Assembly: GCA_963847445.1 (NCBI GenBank) | Contig: CAWJZV010000004.1 | Span: 64,001-128,000, forward strand | Reading direction: 5' to 3' | Length of the DNA stretch: 64,000 nucleotides | DNA from: an uncultured delta proteobacterium | Lineage (GTDB): Bacteria; Desulfobacterota; Binatia; UBA9968 | In this document: piece by piece, positions 1-11,224 of the stretch | Layout: each line of letters begins with the position of its first letter | Numbering within the stretch: position 1 is the first letter of the stretch | Made by a program: the position numbers and the translations under genes | The notes under the pieces: generated by a model | Databases searched by the model: none | Seen by the model: only the letters and a program-made list of their open reading frames with translations | Told to the model about the DNA's origin: nothing

Positions 1-344
1 GGCGCGAATCGTGCCCTCATAGGCCGCCGTCGCCAGCACCGCCATGCCGGAAAGCCGATGCGTCAAGCCGTCGCCCACCGTCACCACCGGACCGATGACG
101 CCCGGGAAACACCTGCGCGTCACTGTCGATCTTGACTCGCGGCTCGATGACGTCGCGGATGCCGGTCACCCGCACCGGTTCACCCGGACCGACAACGTCG
201 ATGCGCAGCTGATCGGATGCGCGGATCTTGGCATACCAGTCGAGTCAGATCCTCACGGTCAACTTCCAACAGACCCTCTTGATAACGATAGACGCTACCA
301 AGACGAATCTGCCGCACGGGAAACTCAGCCAATGTAAGTTGCAT
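1..344 (-). CDS. Glycine/sarcosine/betaine reductase component B proprotein (GrdE-like), 5' part, runs off the left edge; frameshifted
   Basis: ATG at 344 gives MQLTLAEFPVRQIRLG...; across two frameshifts it reads IDVVGPGEPVRVTGIRDVIEPRVK..QVFPG..VIGPV..HRLSGMAVLATAAYEGTIRA, colinear with the paralog at 1462-2766. Confidence 0.85.
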
Positions 345-364
345 GGAGGTTTTTGCTTGGCAAC

Positions 365-396
365 GATGGGTATCGCGAAGCTCAACCCATCCTACG
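365..396 (-). repeat. REP-like palindrome (GTAG-type)
   Basis: Minus strand CGTAGGATGGGTTGAGCTTCGCGATACCCATC: GTAG followed by GATGGGT...ACCCATC stem. Confidence 0.6.
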
Positions 397-398
397 AT

Positions 399-431
399 TT
401 GAACGACTTGAACGTTTTGAACGGCTTGAAC
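399..431. repeat. 9-nt period tandem array (TTGAACnnn) x4
   Basis: TTGAAC at 399, 408, 417, 426; same unit recurs at 16946-16978. Confidence 0.9.
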
Positions 432-442
432 TTCGTCATCGA

Positions 443-1447
443 TTATTGAAACAGCCCGTCCTTCTCCAACTTGCGCACGATGCTGAATCGTCGACGATAT
501 TAGCGGCCTTGAGCTGGCGGATCTTTTCATTGCCGAGGCCAAGCAAACGAATCGCGTTATTGATGCCCTCGAGATTCGGGAACGCGCGCCGCTCGTAGAC
601 GTTGCGAATCACTTCGTAGCCCTCTTCCGCTTCCTCCGGCCGGACGATCTGCAAATTTTTGGTCAGGGTCGCCACCACCGCAGCCTTATTGGCCGGCCGT
701 TGAATGAAAGCGATCGCTTCGACCAGAGCGCGGATCACTTTCTCCGCAGTGGCAGAGTTCGAGTTCAAATAACTTCGGCGCGCCAAAATCGCCGTGCTCT
801 GAAACGGCACGCCGAGTTTGGTCAGATCGGCCATCACACGAAATCCCTGCTTCTTGAGCATGGTCGCGTAGGCGTAGCCGGCGTAGGTCGCATCCACAGC
901 TGCCGAGCATCAACGACTGCACCATCACGGTTTCGTCGCCAACGATGCGCAGGTTGATGCCGTCCCGTTTAGGATCGAGTCCCCAGTGTTCGAGCACCAG
1001 CTGGGTGATCATCCAGATGCCGCCGCCGATGCTCTGGATGCCGATGTTCTTGCCCTTCAAATCGGCCGGCGACGCGATCGCCGCCGACGCCACCATGGTG
1101 CCGTTGAGTTTGTTGGCCAAGCCGGCGATGAAAGCCAGGTCGAGGCCGTTGGCGATGGCGCCGAGCACCGAACCATTGGCCGAACCCGAATAGAACTGCG
1201 CCTCCCCCGCCGATAGCGCCGACAACGCCACCGCGGCGTTGCGCATGTAGATCAGATTGACATCGAGATCGTGCTTGCGAAAGAAGCCCTGGTCGCGCGC
1301 CACCAGCAAAGCGCCGGCGCCGCGCTCGTTGAGCGAGGCGTAGGCGATGACGATTTTGCTCGGCGCCGTGGCGGCGCCGGCGAACTCCATGGTCACGAGT
1401 AAGGCAATTAATTGCATCGCAATAACCGTTGCCAGTCTTTTCATCAT
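443..1447 (-). CDS. ABC transporter substrate-binding protein, NMT1/THI5/SsuA-like; frameshifted
   Basis: Signal peptide, LLVARDQGFFRKHDLDV, DLKGKNIGIQSIGGG; continues in ORF 436-897 after a frameshift near 900. Confidence 0.85.
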
Positions 1448-1461
1448 TCGCTCCGTTTGCA

Positions 1462-2766
1462 TCAAAAAGCCGCGCAGTTCCAGCCGCCGCGCCCCCAATA
1501 ATCGACGCCGCCGAGAATCATGTCGCGTGCGTCAAGCGTGAACGGGCCGCGCGCCGAAGTTAGCGGCGCGCCCGGATAGGTCAACACTTTGATTTCCTCG
1601 TAGGGACCGACAATTTTTTCCGCCGCCGGCAGTTCGATCCAGCGATCGCGGCTGCCGGTGCTGGTCATGGCGCTCGCTGCCGGCGTGTAAAATAACAGCG
1701 GCGAATCGACGCCGTCTTTGCCGCCGTATTCGTAGGTCACCAAATTGGTCTTGATGCCGCGCCGCTCGCAGGCGCGCAGCGTCAGCATGACATCGACAAA
1801 GGCGTTGCCGGAACCGATCCAGGACAGCAGCGCCGCGTCGGCGCCCAGCATGGTCGCCAATTGCGCGGTATTCTGGGCGATCACTTCTTTGCCGTGAAAG
1901 GTGTCGAAGGCGATGCGTTCGAGAATGACACCCAAAAAGTTGACGCTGCGGCGGTGCGCGCGGTAGAGCCCGAGCAGCAACGGATGATTCTGCCAATCCC
2001 AGGTGACCGGGAAGTAGGCCAGGCAGCGAGTGGCGTACATGGTGAAGGCGCCGTCGAGAAACTCATTGGGGTGCACCGCGGTCGCCAGCGAGTCGCGGAT
2101 CGGCAGGCCGAAATAGCCGACGCCGGAGTGCGGATTGCCGGCGTCGGTCAAACAACCTTGAATCAGCAAGACACTCGGCAGCGTCGGATCGGCGCCGCCT
2201 AATTCAAAGACTTCGATTTGCCCCGGAGTCAATCCAAGCGTCACTTCAGCCAAGCGCTTGGCGGTTTCCAAAGCGGCGCGCTGAATGATCGTATGCGCGG
2301 TGAGTTCCGACAACCCCTTCGCCAGGCGCAGATTCAGGACCAATCCGTTGAGCCCGCTGAATGGCGAAGCCGCCGCGCCGTCGCCCCACATGTCGAGAAT
2401 CGCGCTGCGCTGCACGCCGAGCCCAGCGCGCACCATGCCCTCGTACTCGGCGGTGACGAACACAGCCATGCCGGAGAGCCGATGTGTCCGGCCCGCGCCG
2501 ACCGGTTGCACCGGCCCGAGCACGCCGGGAAACACTTGCCCCGAGCCGCTCACTTTGACGCGCGGCTCGACGACATCGCGGATGCCGGTAATGCGAACTC
2601 TATCGCCGGGCGAGACGACATCGAGCCAAGCCGCCTCGATACGCCCCTCCTGCAAAACCGCCTGCTCGATGGCCGACTTGTCAACGGTCAGCTGCCCGGC
2701 GGCGTAGTGAAACCGATCGGCGAGCTTGATGCTCGCCACCGGAAACTCCGCCAACTCAAGACGCAT
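1462..2766 (-). CDS. Glycine/sarcosine/betaine reductase component B proprotein (GrdE/GrdG/GrdI-like)
   Basis: 434 aa; MRLELAEFPV start, DVVEPRVKV, GRTHRL, HPNEFLDGA, NFLGVIL, GSGNAFVD, RGIKT..EYGGKDG motifs of the Gly_reductase family; adjacent to selenoprotein B. Confidence 0.88.
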   Translation of the reverse strand: MRLELAEFPVASIKLADRFHYAAGQLTVDKSAIEQAVLQEGRIEAAWLDVVSPGDRVRITGIRDVVEPRVKVSGSGQVFPGVLGPVQPVGAGRTHRLSGMAVFVTAEYEGMVRAGLGVQRSAILDMWGDGAAASPFSGLNGLVLNLRLAKGLSELTAHTIIQRAALETAKRLAEVTLGLTPGQIEVFELGGADPTLPSVLLIQGCLTDAGNPHSGVGYFGLPIRDSLATAVHPNEFLDGAFTMYATRCLAYFPVTWDWQNHPLLLGLYRAHRRSVNFLGVILERIAFDTFHGKEVIAQNTAQLATMLGADAALLSWIGSGNAFVDVMLTLRACERRGIKTNLVTYEYGGKDGVDSPLLFYTPAASAMTSTGSRDRWIELPAAEKIVGPYEEIKVLTYPGAPLTSARGPFTLDARDMILGGVDYWGRGGWNCAAF

Positions 2767-2796
2767 GGATATTTCCTGGACAAATGACTCATAACA

Positions 2797-2884
2797 TCCC
2801 CCTTTGAAAAAGGGGGACTGAGGGGGATTTGCAGTTTGCCAACGTAAGAAAATCCCCCCTTCCCCCCTTTTTCAAAGGGGGGGA
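2797..2884. repeat. Paired poly-C/poly-G hairpin element (REP-like, inverted pair)
   Basis: CCCCCTTTGAAAAAGGGGGACTGAGGGGGATTT ... AAATCCCCCCTTCCCCCCTTTTTCAAAGGGGGG; the two halves are near reverse complements. Confidence 0.75.
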
Positions 2885-2953
2885 TAAACTCATCGAACTC
2901 GTACGGTCATGAATCGTAACACGAGCACGAACGAACACGAGCACGACTTACCC

Positions 2954-4295
2954 TCACGCGCCCGTCGCGATCTTCGGCGTGAACACCGTCGACGATTCGA
3001 CCTTCGCCTCAAGCGCCTTCAATGCCGTCGAGACAATCTCGCGGCGCAACTGCGCGTCCAGCGCGGCGGGCAAGCTCGGGTCGCCGCAGGGATGCGGTAT
3101 CGACACGCCTTTGACGATGCGGCTGGCGCCCACCTGTTCCGCCACCGGATACATCGCACTGATCATCGCCACCGGAAGTTTCGCGCGATCGAGTTCTTTG
3201 CTAATCACAGCGCCGCTGCGACTACAGGTGCCTCACGTTGCCACCAGCAAGACCGCTTCGACACCGTCTTTTTTTAGATCGGCGGCGATCTCCTGGCCGA
3301 CCCGGCGCATCACCGCCGGCGAGCCCTGGTTGCCGGGGATCACGTAGTAAGCTGGATAGAGCTTGCCGCGGCCGATCTTGCCGTCGGCTTCCAAAGAGCG
3401 CAGCGCGTCGAGGGGCATGCCGTAGTGCGGGTTTTGATTCATGAAGGCGACATTGTAACCGCCATGCACCGCTTCCCACTGGCCCGGCTCCAACGATTTC
3501 ACCTCGGAGAAATTATATTTACGCCAAAATGTATTGCGATAGGTTTTGAAGCCGTCGGGGTTGCCCCAGGGCACGACGCCGCCGGTGCAAATCACCGCCA
3601 GGTTCGCCGCCGCGGAGTCGGCCAGCGGCGCCGCCGGCTCCACCTGGTCCCAGACTTCCATCGGGATCTCGGTGGTGAAGGGCTTGCCGTCGATCTTGGC
3701 GAGCAACATCTCGATGGCGCGATCCGCGCCGCTCTTGTCGACACGCACCAGCCGGCGAATGCCGCGCGGCAAATATCCCTCCGCCGCCGCCGGTCCGATC
3801 TCCTCGCCATTGGCCAAACGGCAGGCAAAGGTCGCCAGCGCCGTCAGCGCCCGCGCCATGCCCGACGCGGTTTCCGCCGTCGGCAGTAAAAACACTTTGT
3901 CGTTGTGATTGTCGCGGTAGACGCCGACGCCGGGGTTTTCCGGCTCCATGCCGGTGACACAGCGCAGGCCAAGCTTCTCGCTCACCGCCTGGCAAATCTC
4001 CACGCAGGCGAGGCCATAACGGCCGGCGTTAAACGCCGGACCGGCGACCACCACGTCAGGTTTTTGTTTTTCTAATTCGGCGGTAATGGCCGCCAGCGCC
4101 TGCATCTTTGTGTTCATGAAAATAATTGTCGCCAAAGTAAAGCGTCGCGACCACCTGGCCGCGCTCGGCCAGCTGAGTTTGCAGACCGCGGGCCGCCCCC
4201 GCCGCGCCGTCGGCGACGGCAACGGCCATATCGGCCTTCTCTTCGCCGCCGATGCCGGCGAAAAACTGATTCAGGATATGCACGACTCGGATCAT
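2954..4295 (-). CDS. Selenoprotein B of the glycine/betaine/sarcosine/D-proline reductase family (GrdB-like); Sec at UGA 3233-3235; one frameshift near 4100
   Basis: N-term MIRVVHILNQFFAGIGGEEKAD, AGPAFNAGRYG, HGGY, LLVAT-TGA-GTCSRSGAVISKELDRA in frame with ORF 2954-3208 (RIVKGVSIPHPCGDP); matches the GrdB T-U-G-T-C-x-R-C motif. Confidence 0.92.
3202..3224 (-). promoter_or_regulatory. Putative bacterial SECIS hairpin
   Basis: mRNA UGA-GGCACCUG-UAGUCGCAGC-GGC-GCUGUGAUUA: 10-bp stem (two G-U pairs), G-containing loop, starting 8 nt after the UGA. Confidence 0.7.
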
Positions 4296-4346
4296 AGTTT
4301 ACCCCCCACTCTCGACCTTTGGTTTTGGTGCCTGCCCGCGCACTCA

Positions 4347-5345
4347 CTAATTCTCTAACTTCCTCACGATCCGATCGTCGATCAAATCTTCCACTTTCAG
4401 CTTAGCGAATTTGGCGTCGGCTTTGCTGAGCACGCGCAGCGCATTTTGCACGCCCTCTCGGGTTGGGCTGATGCGACGGTCATAGAGCGATTTCATTCGT
4501 TCGTAGAGTTCGTCGGTATTCTCGCTGGCCGGCAGCCGCAGCCATTTGCGCAGGCTGCGGATGACCGCCGGCTGATTGTTCTTGTCCTGCAGGAACACGT
4601 TCGCTTTGATAAACGCTCTAAGCGTCTTCTCGACGGTGTCGGGCGAGCCGGCGATAAAACTTCGGCGTGCGACCAAGCCGGTTCCCTGGTACGGAATCTT
4701 AAGTGTCCCGAGATCGGCCAAAAGCCGTCCGCCATTTCGCTGCACCACACTGCTGTAGGCATAGCCCAAAACGGCGCCTTCGATAATACCGGCACCGAGA
4801 GCCTGAACCAAGACGGACTGGTCGCCGATCACGCGCATCTGAATCTTATCGCGCTCCGGACTGATGCCCCAATGATCGAAGGTCATCATCGTGAACATCC
4901 AGATGCCGCCGCCGATACTCTGCACGCCAATAATTTTCCCTTTCAAATCGTCCGGTTTTTGAATCTTCGGCGCAACGTAAAAGTATCCGTCAAGCTTGTT
5001 GATCATTCCCGCGACCCAGACGAGATCGAGCCCGCTCACCATGGCGCCGAGGGCCGAGCCGGTCGCTGAGACGGTGTAGAACTCCGCCTCGTTGGCCGCC
5101 ATCGCCGCCACCGCCACCGGACCGCTGTTCACCTGGACGAGATCGGCTTCAAGCCCATGTTCTTCAAAAAAATGTTGGTCTTTGGCGACGAAGAAAAGCC
5201 CCATGCGTTCGCTAAAGTCAGCGAAGAGGATGCGCACTCTCTTTGTCGGCGTCGCTGCCAATGCGTCCGACACCAGAGTGAAAACCAATAGGAACGCGAT
5301 GATGATCACGTTTGCAACAGGCTTCGCATGGAGCGAACGCAGCAT
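4347..5345 (-). CDS. ABC transporter substrate-binding protein, NMT1/THI5/SsuA-like
   Basis: C-terminal half of ORF 4347-6272; own AGGAG RBS before ATG 5345, signal peptide, [30 protein letters not shown]. Confidence 0.85.
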   Translation of the reverse strand: MLRSLHAKPVANVIIIAFLLVFTLVSDALAATPTKRVRILFADFSERMGLFFVAKDQHFFEEHGLEADLVQVNSGPVAVAAMAANEAEFYTVSATGSALGAMVSGLDLVWVAGMINKLDGYFYVAPKIQKPDDLKGKIIGVQSIGGGIWMFTMMTFDHWGISPERDKIQMRVIGDQSVLVQALGAGIIEGAVLGYAYSSVVQRNGGRLLADLGTLKIPYQGTGLVARRSFIAGSPDTVEKTLRAFIKANVFLQDKNNQPAVIRSLRKWLRLPASENTDELYERMKSLYDRRISPTREGVQNALRVLSKADAKFAKLKVEDLIDDRIVRKLEN

Positions 5346-5429
5346 GGAGAAACTCCTTCCAACCGAGTGATCGACGATAATCGAAGAGTCTGGGTAATTG
5401 AATAACTCCAGCCGGTGTAAAATTGCAAT

Positions 5430-6327
5430 CACTGGTTTCAGCGCGCCGAGAGCGATTAGCGTCTGCTTCACGTCTTCAAGCGCTTCCGCCGTCAGCGGCG
5501 CTTGCGGCGGCAATGGCGCGCCCACCGCGTAACCCTGAAGTTCGAGGGCGCCTTTGATGCAGGCGGCGAGATTGTATTTGGCGAAGGCCTGGTTGAGCGC
5601 CCACAGCGGCCGCTGCAACTCCATCGCTCGCGTCCAATCGCCGCGCCGGCAAGTCTCGTAAAGCGCAACACTCTGGCGCGGCGCGACGCAGGCCGGCCCC
5701 GCCATCCAGCCGACACCGCCGATCAACATGACCGCGGCGGGAATATGCGCCGACGCGGCAAATACTTTCATCCGCCCCTGCACTTGATTGAGAATCGACA
5801 GGAGCCGGCCGGTATTGTTCGATGCGTCTTTGATATAACCGATGTTGGGAATGTGACTGAGCCGGTCGATCACCGGCAGGCTTAAATCGGAGCGTTGAAA
5901 GGTCGGATTGGTATAGAGCACCACGGGGAGCGAAACCGCGTCGGCAATCGCCTTGAAGTAATCGAACACGCCGCCGTCCGAAAGCGGGAAATAGGCTTCG
6001 AGAATGGCGAGAATGCCGCTCGCCCCCATCTGCGCGAACTCCCGCGCCTGCGCCGTCGCATCCGCGATGGTCGTCGATGCCACCCCCGCCACCACCGGCA
6101 CCCGCCCGCGCGCCGCCTCGATGACGACTTCAACCACCCGCCGCCGCTGCGCCCAGTTCAGATAGGCAAACTCGCCGGTCGAACCGAGCGGCGTCAGGCC
6201 ATGGACGCCGGCATTAATCAGGTCGTCGCACAGGCGCGCCAGCACCTCGGCTCTCGACATTGCCGCAGGCATCGATCGGGCGAAACCAGATAGGGAAACA
6301 CGCCATGGAAATCGGAGTTGCCATCAT
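5430..6327 (-). CDS. Dihydrodipicolinate synthase / N-acetylneuraminate lyase family protein; 5' end frameshifted, 3' end approximate
   Basis: [28 protein letters not shown] (Schiff-base Lys) motifs. Confidence 0.85.
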
Positions 6328-6383
6328 AGCCTTGTTAACCATGAAACGTTGACCTATTACCTGTTCGCGGCGAACCGGCGATT

Positions 6384-6919
6384 TCAGCGAGTATTGCCCG
6401 CCAGAAACATCGCCAATTCTCAACATGCGCAAAGGTCGGATACGCAGTCAGGCCGAATCCCATAGCCGGCCCGGCGCGCCGCGTTCGTAGCCGATGGCGA
6501 ATAGGATGCGACCCACGACAAACAGTATCGCCGCGACCGGAATCGCGCGCAGCCAAGCTATGCGGCATGACCGCCGGCCCAAATCAGATAGACCGCGACC
6601 GCCAGCATGGCCTGCTCCAGAGTATTCTGCAAAATTGCTCGCAGCACCAATACTGCGCGAGGTTCCGACTGGTCAACCCGCTGCCGTCGATATCTTCCGG
6701 CGTGGAGAATCGATGGTTCGCCACGCGCATGATGAAGATCATCAGAGGGAAAATCGGCAGCACACCCACTGCAACGTCCAGGCGATTCGCGCCGCCGGTT
6801 CGTCGCGCGGCAAGCGCGCACATGGGAATTAACCACGACACCCCGCCGAGACCGACGACCGTGGCTGCCGCGGCAGGAACCACGCCGCGGATCACACCTC
6901 GTTGTTTATCGGTCAACAT
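6384..6919 (-). CDS. MAPEG-family membrane protein; several frameshifts
   Basis: Stitched: RVANHRFSTPEDIDGSG, LQNTLEQ, FVVGRILFAIGY..G..GRAMGFGLT. Confidence 0.7.
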
Positions 6920-7373
6920 GCGTCGCTCGTGATTTCTTGGCAGCGGCGACGATCTCATCCAGTTGCACCATCTCTTGCGCCGCGTCGTCGAGCTCTTTGG
7001 TGCCGGTGCAGATTCCGCTCTGAAGATCTTCTGGTTTTGCCACCGCGTAGACGAGATATTCTTTCTTCTCCTCGAACGGAAACCCGCAGGCCTCGCCGGT
7101 CAGGCGGGTTGCGAGCTCGATGCTCGTCTCCGGCGCACCTTTCCAACGCTTCAACACCGCGAATGTCACTCGATGAGCCACCGCTGTTCGTCAAGCCGAT
7201 ACGATCCCAAAAAGGCCGCCGATCTCGCTCACCCTGCCGCGAAATACCGCTATCGACCGATTCAGTCCGTCAGCCGGTCCGGCAGGAGCGGCGCAACTAC
7301 AGGCTTGGGCTGGCTCCGCGCTCAGAACCAAGACCAACGTAGTGCCAAGGAACAGGGTCGCCGGAAAATTCAT
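6906..7373 (-). CDS. Exported TIMP/NTR-like protein; frameshift near 7200
   Basis: Signal peptide ending AQA then CSC; AVFRGRV, F.V.KRWKG, CGFPFEEKKEYLVYA, C-terminal CTGT. Confidence 0.6.
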
Positions 7374-7615
7374 GCTTTGTGGATCAATTCTGAAAGTCCG
7401 TTTGATTCTCATTGGATTCTGGCGAACTGTCAAGTTGTCCTAACCAGAAGTGGCTATCGTCAGGGCTGAACGATATGGCTGCACTGGAACCCGACTGCAC
7501 GGAGCTTACGCCGGGTGATGACATCCAACCGTTTTTTCAGTAGAGTCCCCCAGTGGCAGGCGGGCCGCCGACTCGAGGCAACCGCCCTCCCCGAAAAGTC
7601 ACTGGAGGCACTCAC

Positions 7616-8893
<1,278 letters not shown>

Positions 8894-8989
8894 CCAAGAT
8901 CCCGCAGGGTCGAAGGATTTTTCGCCCCTAACTTTGTGCCCTTTGCGTTCTTTGCGGCCAATCCTATCCTATTTTCCAAGGAGCTATTC

Positions 8990-9880
8990 ATGACCTTGTA
9001 CGACGACATGATGGAAGGCGTCATCGACGTTCACTGCCACATCGATTTCGAGTTTTCCGCCAAGGAGCGCAAACGCGAGCCGGAGTTTCTCTGGCTGCCC
9101 AAGGCCGAGGCGATGGGCATGCGCGGTGTCGTGCTGAAATCCCACTGGTGGCCGACGGTCAACGTCACGCCGTACATCTTGTCTTCGGTGCAAACCAACG
9201 TCGCGCTCTGGTCGAGCGTCGCGCTGAACCTCACCGCCGGCGGACCGAATCCGTGCATCGTCGACGCCTGCGCCGCCCTCGGCGGCAAGATGATTTTCCT
9301 GCCGACGTGGAGCGCGCGCAATGACGTCGAGCGCAAAGGCTTCAGCAGCCGCATCAAGTCCTACTACGCCAACCACGCCAAGTTAGAAAACCCGAACTAT
9401 TATTTTCTCGACGACCAAGGCAAGCTGATCAAAAGCGGCTATGAGATCATCGAGTGCTGCAAAGCCCACGACCTGACCCTCGGCATGGGCCATGTGTCGT
9501 GGCAGGAATCTCTCGCCTTTATCGCAGCCGCGCGCGACATGGGCTACAGCCACAGGCTGGTGATCAATCATGTGCAGAGCCACATCATCGCCATGCCGGT
9601 GGACGCCATGAAAAAAGCCGCCGAGATGGGCGCATTCCTCGAAGCCTGCTGGAATGCGCTGGCACCCGGACGCATGGACTCGCCGGAACTGGTCGCCCAG
9701 TTCCGCCAAGTCGGACTGCGCCAGATCGTCGCCAGCACCGACTACTTCCGCCCCTACAGTCCCAATCCCGCCGAACTATTTAGAATGTACCTGGGCATGC
9801 TCCACGAAGGCGGCTTGAGCAAGGGCGAAGTCAATCAAGTCGCGTCGATCAACCCGGCGCGGCTCATGGGCATGGCGTAA
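8990..9880 (+). CDS. Amidohydrolase-superfamily metal-dependent hydrolase (DUF6282-like)
   Basis: IDVHCH, GMRGVVLKSH, LGMGH, VINH, ASTD, INPARLMG. Confidence 0.75.
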   Translation: MTLYDDMMEGVIDVHCHIDFEFSAKERKREPEFLWLPKAEAMGMRGVVLKSHWWPTVNVTPYILSSVQTNVALWSSVALNLTAGGPNPCIVDACAALGGKMIFLPTWSARNDVERKGFSSRIKSYYANHAKLENPNYYFLDDQGKLIKSGYEIIECCKAHDLTLGMGHVSWQESLAFIAAARDMGYSHRLVINHVQSHIIAMPVDAMKKAAEMGAFLEACWNALAPGRMDSPELVAQFRQVGLRQIVASTDYFRPYSPNPAELFRMYLGMLHEGGLSKGEVNQVASINPARLMGMA

Positions 9881-10033
9881 AAGCTTCGGCTAACCGATCA
9901 TCGTTCCAAGCAACAATCTCTCGTCATCGAACCCGGCGCGTTTCGACCGTGATCCGGTAAAGATTCGCTGCTTCAGAGCAGTCAAACGCGCAGGGTTAGT
10001 CCGGCAGATGTCAAAGGCGGGGGCGCACTCGAA

Positions 10034-10909
10034 TCATTTTTCGAAGAGCAGGCTTTCCTGACGATGCGCCTGCGCCAGCTCCTCAAGCAGCTGAGCGATC
10101 GCGGCCTCGTCGTCTAAGCCGCACGCTTGAGAGCAACTGGCTCGGGCGGTGTCGTCGGTTCGGTGAAAAATCCCAGATTGCACCGGCAGCTGAGATAGTC
10201 GGCGACAGTCAACAGGTTCGCCACTTCATTATTGCTGGCGCCGTCGCTATGGTGCTTCAGCGTCGCGTGGATGATCTGGCCGTCGAGATTCCAGCGGTTG
10301 AGAATCGTGTGGCCCATGAGCGCGTGATCGACGCCGTACACTTCGCGCTCGGCTTCGACGACGGGGCGCCGCGCCGCCTGAACACCGATCAATAAGTTCT
10401 CGTAGCCCGTCGGGATCGCCGTGCAAAAATAGCATCTGTCCGACGTCGTGCATGAGACCGATGAGAAAGCCGATCTCGTCGTCGCGCGAGCGAGCCCGCT
10501 GAGACAAGATGCGCATCGCCAAGGCCACGCCCAGCGAATGGCGCCACAGCTTCTCGGAAATAGGGTTGCCCTTCACGCGCAAGCTCTGGGTTGCGCTGGT
10601 GATCACCAGACTGGTCAGGGCGCGAAAGCCGAGCACCTGGACGGCGCCGAGGAGCGTGGTCGGCAGAGTGCGCAGCGCGTAACGGGGCGACCGCGACACC
10701 GCCAAAACCCGCGCCGCGAGCATCGGCTCGTCGGCCAGCACGCGACAGAGATTTTGCATGCTGACTTCCGGATCCTGGACCAGCTCCAACAGCTTATTCA
10801 CCACCGCCGGGACGGACGGCAGTGGGTGGCCCTCCATTACATTGTGGAGATAATTGCGCACCGGCCCTGGGCGCAAACTGTTGGTTTGATTCGCGGCTTT
10901 CGGTATCAC
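10034..10909 (-). CDS. HDOD domain protein; frameshifted
   Basis: LPSVPAVV, DEPMLAARVL..SRSP, AVQVLG, LWRHS, GLMHDVG, E..YGVDHA..G..L.RWNL; GTG start downstream of the sigma-28 promoter. Confidence 0.85.
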
Positions 10910-10929
10910 GGCCACTCTCGATATAAAAA

Positions 10930-10956
10930 TTATCGGCATGGCTGCGGAGAACTTTA
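10930..10956 (-). promoter_or_regulatory. Sigma-28 (FliA)-type promoter
   Basis: Minus strand TAAAGTTC-N11-GCCGATAA, i.e. TAAA-N15-GCCGATAA consensus. Confidence 0.75.
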
Positions 10957-11224
10957 GAACTTACCATCGACCGTAATCGATCTCTTCAAAGTTCTCGCGT
11001 AGCGGCATCGCCTGCCCCCAAGACCCTGGTGACAAGAAACAAAAACCGGCCATGCGGACGAAAGTCTTAGCGTCGCATATGTCCAACGCCGCGCCGTCCG
11101 GCACCAACGGCTGGAGCAGCGCCGGATCGCTTTCGTAATCGAGCAGCGCCCGCTAGCGCCAGTCGGTGGTGAGAAACGGTTTGCCGTACTGATTAAGGGA
11201 GCTACGGCCAGCAAGATTCTACGA

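Noticed and set aside
180-182. TGA ending ORF 180-542 as a second selenocysteine
   Set aside because: Alignment with the 1462-2766 paralog shows the true frame shifts before this point (IDVVGPGEPV), so the TGA is out of frame.
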